From contig CAWBZI010000006.1 of assembly GCA_963793265.1 (NCBI GenBank), positions 992,001-1,056,000 on the forward strand: a stretch of 64,000 nt of DNA, read 5' to 3'. The notes beneath the pieces are model-generated. The model did no database searches and was not told the origin of the DNA. It saw only the letters and a program-made list of their open reading frames with translations. This DNA comes from an uncultured cyanobacterium (GTDB lineage: Bacteria; Cyanobacteriota; Cyanobacteriia; Phormidesmidales; Phormidesmidaceae). Position 1 is the first letter of the stretch. Each line of letters starts with the position of its first letter. Below, piece by piece: positions 1-8,061 of the stretch. Made by a program: the position numbers and the translations under genes.

Positions 1-989
1 TCTCAACACACCCACCGTTAGAAGTTCGTATCCGACGCTTAGGTGGCGCTTCAGCATCACTGCCAAATACGCAGAAGCCTTCCGTTAGCAGTATCGCTAA
101 CGGTATCAGTGCTCAACAGTCCGCAATTGCTGGGGCCTCAGGATTCGCACCCGATGCTGTAGTTGCCAACATTGGCACGGTAACGCCTGCTCACCTCACG
201 CAGGCCCAGTCTATTTTGAGCCATTTACCAGACGGTCTTTTGCAAGCAGCTAGGACGCAGGCCGGTGCTGTCGCGGTGACTTATGGATTGCTGCTAGATA
301 CAAAAGAGAGTGTGCGATCGCACCAAAAGCAGATTGTTGCCAGTAGCTCAAAAACAGTGCACAGCCTTGTAGAAGACATGGAGTCTCTTTTTGCAGGCGT
401 ACCATCGGCATCGCGTCTCCCGCTGCTAGAGCTTTGCATTCCCAGCTTAAAAACACTCAAACCCGACGTCGCCATTCAGTTTTTTAATCGCGTCAAAGAG
501 CTTGTCAAAGCAGACGGCAAGCTTTCCCTAAGCGAATATGCCCTACAGGCTGTTTTGCAATATCGCTTAGCCCCTCACTTCCGCCCCGAGCCGATACCAG
601 CCGTCAGCTATGCCCATCTCAATGACATTTGGCCCGACTGCTTGGTTCTTATCTCGGCCTTAGCCAAAACAGGCTACACAAAGCCTGCACAAATAGACTA
701 CGCCTTCCGCAACGGCCTCTCTCAGCTACCCGGCGTCGCGAAGCAATCAATACCCACCGTACCCCCTAGCCACACACTGCACGACGTTAGCCTATCGCTG
801 AGTCGGTTACGACAAGCCGTGCCAAAACTCAAGCAGGCCATTGCAGAAGCCTGCGCGCATACTGTGCTGACCGATGGACAAACCACCGATCAAGAATCAG
901 AACTACTGCGGGCAATTTTAATTGCGCTTGGCTGTCCTATTCCACCGTTTCTGAATGCAGTTGCTCAGAACGCTGCGCTAGCAGCTTAG
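1..989 (+). CDS. M48 (HtpX/Ste24-like) metallopeptidase, C-terminal part; 5' end lies outside the window
   Basis: The frame of ORF 216..989 is open back to base 3 and reads STHPPLEVRIRRL, the M48 C-terminal THPP..RI motif, followed by TerB-like segments (ADGKLSLSE; DGQTTDQE). Confidence 0.8.
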   Translation, partial: STHPPLEVRIRRLGGASASLPNTQKPSVSSIANGISAQQSAIAGASGFAPDAVVANIGTVTPAHLTQAQSILSHLPDGLLQAARTQAGAVAVTYGLLLDTKESVRSHQKQIVASSSKTVHSLVEDMESLFAGVPSASRLPLLELCIPSLKTLKPDVAIQFFNRVKELVKADGKLSLSEYALQAVLQYRLAPHFRPEPIPAVSYAHLNDIWPDCLVLISALAKTGYTKPAQIDYAFRNGLSQLPGVAKQSIPTVPPSHTLHDVSLSLSRLRQAVPKLKQAIAEACAHTVLTDGQTTDQESELLRAILIALGCPIPPFLNAVAQNAALAA

Positions 990-1006
990 TCCAGCAAACT
1001 TCGTAA

Positions 1007-1663
1007 TCAATCCGTATTGCGATACTGCCAAAAAAAGCTAGAAACAAAGTTAGTGGTCACATGGGCCACGATGGGTACCAGCAGATTGCCAGTGACCAAA
1101 GCGCTGCCGCCGAGAACAAAGCCAATTGCGATCGCCCACACCGCATAAGGCCACTGCCGCAAACTAGACATATGCAGCACCCCAAAACAGGCACTCGAAA
1201 CAATCAAACCTGTTGCATTAAGCCCGATAGCAGGCAACAACACGCCTCTAAACAACAGCTCCTCACTTAATCCAGGTAGTAGCCCCACCCAGATAGAATC
1301 TGCCAATAGCAAAGGCGATAGAACAAAAGCCAGGTAGTAATCGGCGCTTCGCTGATAAGCAGGCCAAAATCTGTAGATCATCAGGCTCACACTAGATATA
1401 GCAAGCCCCAAGCCTACGCCCATACCAGCACTTTGCCAGCGTAGCGAGATAGAGAAAAGTATAGGCTCAAAAAATAGCCATACGCGCGCGATGAGCAGCA
1501 GTATCACAGCCGTTGCAGCCATAGCTACTAATAGCTGTGATCGACTTAGCAATTCCATCTCTGGGCCTTTCTCCATGCCCTTCTTGACACCTCTTTTTGA
1601 GCTTTTAGACTGAGAGCGGTTGTGTTGCTTAGGAGGCTCTGGACGCTTAGAAAGTCTTGCCAC
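1007..1663 (-). CDS. CPBP (Abi/CAAX protease-like) intramembrane glutamic endopeptidase
   Basis: EELLFRG, FGVLH and AHVTTN motifs; several TM helices. Confidence 0.9.
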   Translation of the reverse strand: MARLSKRPEPPKQHNRSQSKSSKRGVKKGMEKGPEMELLSRSQLLVAMAATAVILLLIARVWLFFEPILFSISLRWQSAGMGVGLGLAISSVSLMIYRFWPAYQRSADYYLAFVLSPLLLADSIWVGLLPGLSEELLFRGVLLPAIGLNATGLIVSSACFGVLHMSSLRQWPYAVWAIAIGFVLGGSALVTGNLLVPIVAHVTTNFVSSFFWQYRNTD

Positions 1664-2409
1664 GCTACTTTCACTTAGCCTCAGCGTTGAACGATGTTCC
1701 CTATTCTATTGGATAAGTTCTACGAGATATGAGAGATAGCTACTGATACAAAGGAAAAAAGAGGCTGAAGGGAACTTTGTCACCCCTAATACCTTCTTAC
1801 TTTACAATTCCTTTACAAAATTTCAAGGAATTAATGTACGTAGATAAAAACAGTGCTCTGTTGTTCTGATTATCAATCAGACCCAGGTAATCCCTACAGG
1901 ACAGGCATTAGCCGATATGTAGGAGATAGCCGCACTTTATGGTTCAAATGTCTATTATTTTGGGGCCGATCGAATTGAATCAATAAATCAAAGTTTATCT
2001 GTATAATTGTTGGCTTAAACGTTCCTGTCGTCTGTTGGTTGACGTGAAAGTTGATACTTTCTTAATGATTTATGCATGCTTCTATGAGGTTTCCAGAACA
2101 GAGCGAACTTGTTAAGAACTTGTCCGTAATCGATCTGGTCTAAGAAGTATAAAAAGTTGGTCAAAGTATATTAGAGGCCGCCTTTCTTACGCAATCTATC
2201 GACCAAAATTGATTCTATAAGCATTAGGAGAAAGCCGCTCATATCAACTTCTTAAGGTGTTATCTCAAAAGAGATTAAGGGAATTCAATAGTTACTCAGA
2301 TGGTCTGATTTTGGAGCGGGATTAACCGCTAGATAGATGCTCAGACGCTGATTTTTAGGGTCTGCCGAATTCTTTAGATTTATTAGCCTGCGGAACTCAA
2401 ACTTAAGAT

Positions 2410-2688
2410 ATGGACAGTTCAACAAATCGAGCTTTACCCGATAGTGACGTTGGGATTTATGAGTGCGAAGTACGCCTCAAATTTCGAATTATAGAGGAAC
2501 AGCTAACGATGACAAATAAAGAACAGTTAGTAGAAACGCTAGTAGACGCATTTGCCTATGGTAGCGATGAGTATTTAGAAGCTTTGGATAGCGATGTCGA
2601 TATTCAGCAGCTTCAGGATGTAGGCGATGCCTCCCCACAGATGCGCAGACAGCTTATTCGCCTGAAGAACTCTAGCCGCTTGGCCTAA
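2410..2688 (+). CDS. Npun_R1517/Asr1734-family small regulator (heterocyst differentiation inhibitor-like)
   Basis: 92 aa; VGIYECEVRLKFRIIEE, GSDEYLE and ASPQMRRQLIRL match the family as recalled. Confidence 0.8.
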   Translation: MDSSTNRALPDSDVGIYECEVRLKFRIIEEQLTMTNKEQLVETLVDAFAYGSDEYLEALDSDVDIQQLQDVGDASPQMRRQLIRLKNSSRLA

Positions 2689-2809
2689 TAGCCTAGACTA
2701 AGAAGCTAAAGCGACCATTGGCTTTTGATAAGCTTTTTGGCGTTGTGCTCTAACTGGTAAGCGTAAATCTATCAAAGGAAGAATAAAAGAAAAAACAGGT
2801 CAACAAGGT

Positions 2810-2839
2810 TTGACACAAAGCGCAAATAGCAGGTATCTT
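2810..2839 (+). promoter_or_regulatory. Sigma70-type promoter of tRNA-Glu
   Basis: TTGACA (2810-2815), 18-nt spacer, TATCTT (2834-2839), 20 nt before the tRNA. Confidence 0.6.
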
Positions 2840-2859
2840 TATAAAGGTTCAAACCACAG

Positions 2860-2932
2860 GCCCCCATCGTCTAGAGGCCTAGGACACCTCCCTTTCACGG
2901 AGGCGACAGGGATTCGAATTCCCTTGGGGGTA
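2860..2932 (+). tRNA. trnE: tRNA-Glu (TTC)
   Basis: GCCCCCA...TGGGGGT acceptor stem, anticodon arm CCTCC-CTTTCAC-GGAGG, T-loop TTCGAAT; CCA not encoded. Confidence 0.97.
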
Positions 2933-2937
2933 TAGCG

Positions 2938-2975
2938 AAAGTCGCGCAGACTGTAGATGTCTGTGCGGCTTTTTT
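2938..2975 (+). terminator. Rho-independent terminator after tRNA-Glu
   Basis: AAAGTCGCGCAGAC/GTCTGTGCGGCTTT hairpin followed by a T run. Confidence 0.75.
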
Positions 2976-3039
2976 GTTGCCTGGCTGCTCAATTGCTGAA
3001 ACACTCTGAGCTTTACCTACTGCTTGAGAAGGCTTACAC

Positions 3040-3079
3040 AAAAGCGGCTCTCACAGTTTGGATCGTGAAAGCCGCTTTT
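3040..3079 (-). terminator. Terminator hairpin downstream of the SRPBCC gene
   Basis: AAAAGCGGCT...AGCCGCTTTT inverted repeat. Confidence 0.65.
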
Positions 3080-3104
3080 AGATTACAAGTTTTAGCGCAG
3101 GTGT

Positions 3105-3674
3105 CTAAGCTATCTCTAAGGTTCTTTGACGAATAGCCAGCAGATTCGTGGTGAGGTTGTGGCAGATATGCCGCTCGATAAGCGCAGCTGGCATTGCTCT
3201 TGGCGGCTTAAGGAATAAATCGTACGAGAGCTGAGTGCTCTGGCCTGCTGCAGTTGGCTCCAACCTCCAGGTACCTTCAAACTGCTTGAAGTCACCCTCT
3301 TTGAGGACGAAGCCTAGCTCGTTTGGAAACTTCTCAGTCATATCTATGACGACACGGGCGCAAAACTTGAATTTTAGAAAGCACTGACTACCGATTTGCT
3401 CTAGGCGGATACGGCCTTCTGAGTTGGGCACAAGCTTGCTAGAAGTCAGGTTTGGCACAAAGTCAGCGAGGCGCTCGTAGTCAGTAAGAACCCGCCACAC
3501 GCTGTCTATGGGCTGAGGGATATCAATAGTTGCAAGAATGCGCCTTTCTCTATCAGAGCGCTTTTCGGTTGAGATCTCGACGTAGGCGTTATCGTTGACA
3601 GGCAGATCGGTTTGTCGTTCACCGGAGGAGACGCGCTCAGTCGATGGGGAGGAATGTAAGGAGTTTTGAGTCAC
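3105..3674 (-). CDS. SRPBCC (polyketide cyclase/START-like) family protein
   Basis: VWRVLTDYERLADFVPNL and GDFKQFEGTW motifs. Confidence 0.88.
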   Translation of the reverse strand: MTQNSLHSSPSTERVSSGERQTDLPVNDNAYVEISTEKRSDRERRILATIDIPQPIDSVWRVLTDYERLADFVPNLTSSKLVPNSEGRIRLEQIGSQCFLKFKFCARVVIDMTEKFPNELGFVLKEGDFKQFEGTWRLEPTAAGQSTQLSYDLFLKPPRAMPAALIERHICHNLTTNLLAIRQRTLEIA

Positions 3675-3971
3675 AGGCGCTCTGGGTTCTTAAATTTCTG
3701 TGTGGTTACTCTTCAGTATTCTCAGCGCAGTAATCAATAGCACTCAGTAATTTAGCGGATTTGCGATCTTTATTCCGCACGGCAGGTCACACAGCAGACC
3801 GGATGCAAGATATAGCTACATACACAATAGCAATATTATTTGTTGAAACGATCAATTTTCAGCGATCTCTTTGCGCCGTAAATCTCTCGGCATAGTAAGT
3901 TTGTATGGGGTAGGCGTGTGAACTGTGGTCGTACCTGCTATAAACATCATTAACAAGATTCTTGCGTAGTA

Positions 3972-5666
3972 GTGGCAATGGTTAAAGCTTCAGCGAATGC
4001 TCATTCCAGCGTTATCGGAACGGTCAAAGGCCCTGGCGAGAATGGGAACCAGTATCTTTTTATTACGGCTGATAACCGCCATGTGAAAATCGGCGAGTTT
4101 GTATATTACGAGGTGTCTGCGCCGGACGGGAATCAGCTACTGCAAATTTTGGGCAAAATTTCAGACCGGCGGTTGAGCGACCACCTGCCCGATCGCATTT
4201 TTGCTGATACCGAGATCAGCCCAGAGGCGATCGCTGCCCTGGTCGGATTTTCTCATCCTAGCCCCGAAATCTACGAAGTCACCGTCGATGTCATCGGCTA
4301 CTTCAACCCAGCTTTAGGATTTATCAACCCTCGCCTCACGCCCAATCCAGGCGCAAAGGTGTCAATTGTTGACGATGAAACGCTGCTACAGGTTGTGAAT
4401 AAAAAGCAGCCCGGTGAAGTGGGCTCAGCGAACGTGGGCTCGCTGCTGCTGAGGCCGAGCGGCGCGGTGCAAGTGGCGCTAGACGTAAAAGAGCTAGTGA
4501 GTACACACATGGCGATTTTAGCGGGCACAGGCTCCGGTAAGAGCTATACCGCTGGTGTGTTGATTGAGGAATTTTTGCAGCCCTATAATCGAGCTGCCGT
4601 GCTGATTTTTGATCCGCATGGAGAGTATGGGACGCTCGCTGAAATGAGAGGACATCCCAAGTTTCAGGGGGATGACGGCTACGCCCCTGACGTAAGAATT
4701 TTGACGCCGGATGATATTACGATTCGGATTTCGTCGCTGGACTACCATGACGTGCTGACGCTGCTGCCGGAGATGAGCGATCGCCAGCAGTCAATTCTCA
4801 ATAAAGCCTTCAGAATTTTGCACCGTCACAAGCGCGGCGAATACCGTTGGAATGTAGATGACTTAATTGCAGCGGTCAATGAAGCTGACACCGCCGAAGA
4901 TGACGAAGGTAATCTGAAAATTGGATCTTCTGCCCCAGCGATTTCTTGGAAGCTAGAGCGATTCGCTAACTCGCCTTACTTTCACCAAACCCATCACCTC
5001 GCGCCGAAAGATCTATTCATGCCAGGCCGAGTGACGGTGCTGCAAATGAATGAAATTAGCCAGGAAGAGCAGCAGGTTATCTGTGCAGCGGTGCTAAGGC
5101 AAAGCTACCTGGCGCGCATCAATACCGAGAAAGACAAAATTACTGAAGGCGATGAGAACTACTTGCCTTACCCGGTTTTCACGCTCGTAGAAGAAGCTCA
5201 TCGATTCGCACCTGCTAAAGAGCCTTCTCGATGTAAGGCCATTTTGCGAACGATCTTAAGTGAGGGGCGAAAGTTTGGTTTGGGTGTAGGGCTAATTACG
5301 CAGCGGCCCGGAAAGCTTGATTCAGACGTGCTCAGCCAGTGTATGAGCCAGTTTCTGATGCGGATTGTTAATCCGGTAGATCAGGAAAGCTTGAAGTATG
5401 GCGTGGAGGCGGCTGGGCGAGATTTGCTAAAAGAGCTGCCAGCGCTGACGAAAGGGCAGGTAATTATTTCGGGGGCCTGTGTGAATACGCCAGTGCTATG
5501 TCAGGTTCGGCAGCGGCTGACGAAGCACGGTGGTGAGACGCTGAATGCACCGACAGAATGGCAAAAGCACTTTCAAAGCCATCGGGTGCGATCACAAGAA
5601 ATTGAGCGAGCGCCCATAGCTGCCAAGTCCGTTGCCAAAACCTTCCAAGGCGTCAGCATCGAATAA
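3972..5666 (+). CDS. HerA/FtsK-superfamily ATPase (DUF87, N-terminal HAS-barrel-like region)
   Basis: Walker A AGTGSGKS, DPHGEY, Walker B VEEAHRF, EGRKFG, ITQRP. Confidence 0.88.
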   Translation: MAMVKASANAHSSVIGTVKGPGENGNQYLFITADNRHVKIGEFVYYEVSAPDGNQLLQILGKISDRRLSDHLPDRIFADTEISPEAIAALVGFSHPSPEIYEVTVDVIGYFNPALGFINPRLTPNPGAKVSIVDDETLLQVVNKKQPGEVGSANVGSLLLRPSGAVQVALDVKELVSTHMAILAGTGSGKSYTAGVLIEEFLQPYNRAAVLIFDPHGEYGTLAEMRGHPKFQGDDGYAPDVRILTPDDITIRISSLDYHDVLTLLPEMSDRQQSILNKAFRILHRHKRGEYRWNVDDLIAAVNEADTAEDDEGNLKIGSSAPAISWKLERFANSPYFHQTHHLAPKDLFMPGRVTVLQMNEISQEEQQVICAAVLRQSYLARINTEKDKITEGDENYLPYPVFTLVEEAHRFAPAKEPSRCKAILRTILSEGRKFGLGVGLITQRPGKLDSDVLSQCMSQFLMRIVNPVDQESLKYGVEAAGRDLLKELPALTKGQVIISGACVNTPVLCQVRQRLTKHGGETLNAPTEWQKHFQSHRVRSQEIERAPIAAKSVAKTFQGVSIE

Positions 5667-5710
5667 GTTCACCGGTAGTTCACTGGTAGTTCACTGGTAG
5701 TTCGCTGGCC
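5667..5710. repeat. 11-bp tandem repeat x4 (GTTCACTGGTA-like)
   Basis: gttcaccggta gttcactggta gttcactggta gttcgctggcc, directly after the HerA stop codon. Confidence 0.85.
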
Positions 5711-5724
5711 GCTGAAAGCTAGCT

Positions 5725-6768
5725 CTATTCCGTCTGCGGTTCAGTTTGGGGTTGAGCCTGAGGCTGATCTTGCAGGGCAGCCGCTTCTTGAAGTGCGGAT
5801 TTGCTGTTGGCCTGGTAGGTAGTGATGCGGTCTTGAGCTATTGCATACTGCTCGCTACCCACTGGAATGTTACTCATTAAATCAGACGCTTTTTGCCATC
5901 TGGCGGCTAAGTCCAACCATTCAGCAGCAGTCGTCACCGTTTGCCCATCAACAGCAGCCTTTTCAGCCACCCGGACGGCTTCAGAAAAAGCATCCGACAC
6001 ATCACCAGAATTACTGCTATCTGGGGGCGTTGGACTGGTATTAGCACTCGCGGGTGGGGGCGTCGTTTGATTGGATTGGCTAGCAGGCGGCGTTGCTGGC
6101 GCACTTGGCGTTGGAGGCGTTGTATCGGCCGAGCGATCGCCGTCTGAGCCAGGCGAATCTGGGGTAGGCGCGTCTGAGCTAGGCGCAATTTCAGTTGAAG
6201 TTATCGTCGGATCAGACGGCTGAACTGGATTGATGTCTTCTCTGAACACCCAGAGCACGGCCAGCAAGAGTGCCGCTAAACTCGCACCGCCAATGAGCTT
6301 GCTAGAGAAGCTGGTTTTAGAAGGCTCAGGTTCTGTGATGTCTTTAAATATGGGGCCAGCGGGCTTTAGATCGCGATCACGAATCCAACGCTGTACAAAG
6401 AAAGGACGCTTGAGCGTAATCACCTCATCCCATAGCAAATTATTTTCAGGGTCGCGGTTGATTTCTTCTAGCCAAAGCAACTGCTCTTCCTTGACGATAC
6501 GGCTGTTGATTTTGACTTTTTTGATGCGCTGCGGGCTGATGGCTTCTAGCTCGCTACGAACGCGATTGACGACCTTTTCCTTCTCAAGCTGCTCAGCCGT
6601 AGCTGCCTCACACAAAAGCTGAAGCATTCCATCAGAAACCACCGCGCGGGTGCGGATACCAATATCAGCTAAGCGCTGATTAAGCACTTGAATAATTGCG
6701 GCTACGCTACCTTGCCGGGCCTGACCAAATGCCTCGGTCGCGGGGTTAACTGTGCTAGCTTCTTTCAT
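5725..6768 (-). CDS. Conserved cyanobacterial hypothetical membrane protein
   Basis: 347 aa; N-terminal ARQGSVAAIIQVLN domain, one TM helix, Pro/Ser/Thr linker, helical C-terminal domain. Confidence 0.8.
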   Translation of the reverse strand: MKEASTVNPATEAFGQARQGSVAAIIQVLNQRLADIGIRTRAVVSDGMLQLLCEAATAEQLEKEKVVNRVRSELEAISPQRIKKVKINSRIVKEEQLLWLEEINRDPENNLLWDEVITLKRPFFVQRWIRDRDLKPAGPIFKDITEPEPSKTSFSSKLIGGASLAALLLAVLWVFREDINPVQPSDPTITSTEIAPSSDAPTPDSPGSDGDRSADTTPPTPSAPATPPASQSNQTTPPPASANTSPTPPDSSNSGDVSDAFSEAVRVAEKAAVDGQTVTTAAEWLDLAARWQKASDLMSNIPVGSEQYAIAQDRITTYQANSKSALQEAAALQDQPQAQPQTEPQTE

Positions 6769-6862
6769 TTAGCTAATGCCCGATCCAAACGTATACGAGA
6801 ATACCTGACATTGGGGCCTATCGTCTTCTTCGGCTGTCCTTTAAGTATCGCAGACCGATCAA

Positions 6863-7573
6863 CTATTGCGGGTCAAGATGCGCGCAGTCGTTGAAGCGAC
6901 GAAGAACCCAAAATTCAGGATTGAAGCGATCGCCCCCAAGCTGCTGCCACTGATTATGATCTTGCGTGCTCGCTAGCCAAAACTCAAACAGGGCAGTGTG
7001 CGGTATGCGAATCTGCCAGGTGCGATCGCAGCCCATCATCACCGATACCAACTGCTGTAAAAACCCCTCGTGAGAAACGGCCCACACCACATCGCCTAGC
7101 TGGTGCTGCTTTAAGACATGTCTGACCCACGATCTAGCTCTGGCTCTAGCTGCGACCAAAGATTCAGCTTGCGGGATAGGCTGCCACGCTAAAGAAGACA
7201 TAAGCTGCGCGCAGATATCGGGATAATTCGCCTGCGCCTGCGACCAAGTTAGCCCCTGAAAGATACCTTGATGAAGCTCTTGTAAAGCTTCAGTCTGCTT
7301 AAGGTGACAACTGTGGCGACCGCCCTCATCATCTCGATCTACTTGATTAAGCTCTACTTGATCTAGTAAAGACTGGGCGGTCTGCGTCGCTCTTAGCAAT
7401 GGACTGCTATAGCAATGTGTCGGCAAACCCTGCTGGCTCAAATATTTACCTAGTCGCGCTGCTTGAGCATAGCCTTCAGTAGACAGCTCAGTAGAACTTT
7501 GACCTTCCATAACACCTTGAACATTGCCGATAGACTGGGCGTGACGGATGAGTAAGATTTTAAGATAGGCCAT
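6863..7573 (-). CDS. Histidine phosphatase (phosphoglycerate mutase) family protein
   Basis: LIRHAQS, SSPLLRA and VSHEG motifs; ATG at 7573 preferred over the upstream TTG. Confidence 0.9.
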   Translation of the reverse strand: MAYLKILLIRHAQSIGNVQGVMEGQSSTELSTEGYAQAARLGKYLSQQGLPTHCYSSPLLRATQTAQSLLDQVELNQVDRDDEGGRHSCHLKQTEALQELHQGIFQGLTWSQAQANYPDICAQLMSSLAWQPIPQAESLVAARARARSWVRHVLKQHQLGDVVWAVSHEGFLQQLVSVMMGCDRTWQIRIPHTALFEFWLASTQDHNQWQQLGGDRFNPEFWVLRRFNDCAHLDPQ

Positions 7574-7637
7574 GGGAAGGACATTGTAACGAAGGGGCAG
7601 CGATCGCAATAACGCACTCGCAGGCTAAACGTTTACA

Positions 7638-8012
7638 ATGACAGCAGCTCAACTATCCACCAAGCCTATGCTGCTAAAATCCACTACCCGCCACGTTTTA
7701 ATCTACGCGGCGACCATTGAAAACAACGAAATCGTGCCGAGCGAAAACCAGCTCACCTTAGATGTTGATCCAGAAAACGAGTTTACCTGGAGCGATGAAG
7801 CGCTGCAAAAGGTGTACCGAGAGTTTGACCGCTTGGTAGACGATTATGACTCAGAGGCCCTAACAGACTATAATTTGCGACGTATTGGCTCTGATCTAGA
7901 GCATTTTGTCCGTGCCCTGCTACAGTCGGGAGATATTAGCTACAACCTGGAGAGCCGTGTGCTGAACTACAGCATGGGTCTACCGCGCGTTGTTGAAGGG
8001 GCATCTTCTTAG
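7638..8012 (+). CDS. ndhM: NAD(P)H-quinone oxidoreductase subunit M
   Basis: LKSTTRHV...LTLDVDPENEF.W...YNLRRIGSDLE...NYSMGLP. Confidence 0.95.
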   Translation: MTAAQLSTKPMLLKSTTRHVLIYAATIENNEIVPSENQLTLDVDPENEFTWSDEALQKVYREFDRLVDDYDSEALTDYNLRRIGSDLEHFVRALLQSGDISYNLESRVLNYSMGLPRVVEGASS

Positions 8013-8061
8013 CTAAGCATCCACCTCTTGGCCTCTACTTAAGCTAGGGTCTATTTCCTCC

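Noticed and set aside
1664..2409. NtcA box upstream of the Npun_R1517-like gene
   Set aside because: The closest match, GTAATCCCTAC, has a 5-nt spacer rather than GTA-N8-TAC.
5667..5710. Possible CRISPR-like array after the HerA gene
   Set aside because: The units are 11 bp, contiguous and spacerless; no cas genes in the window.
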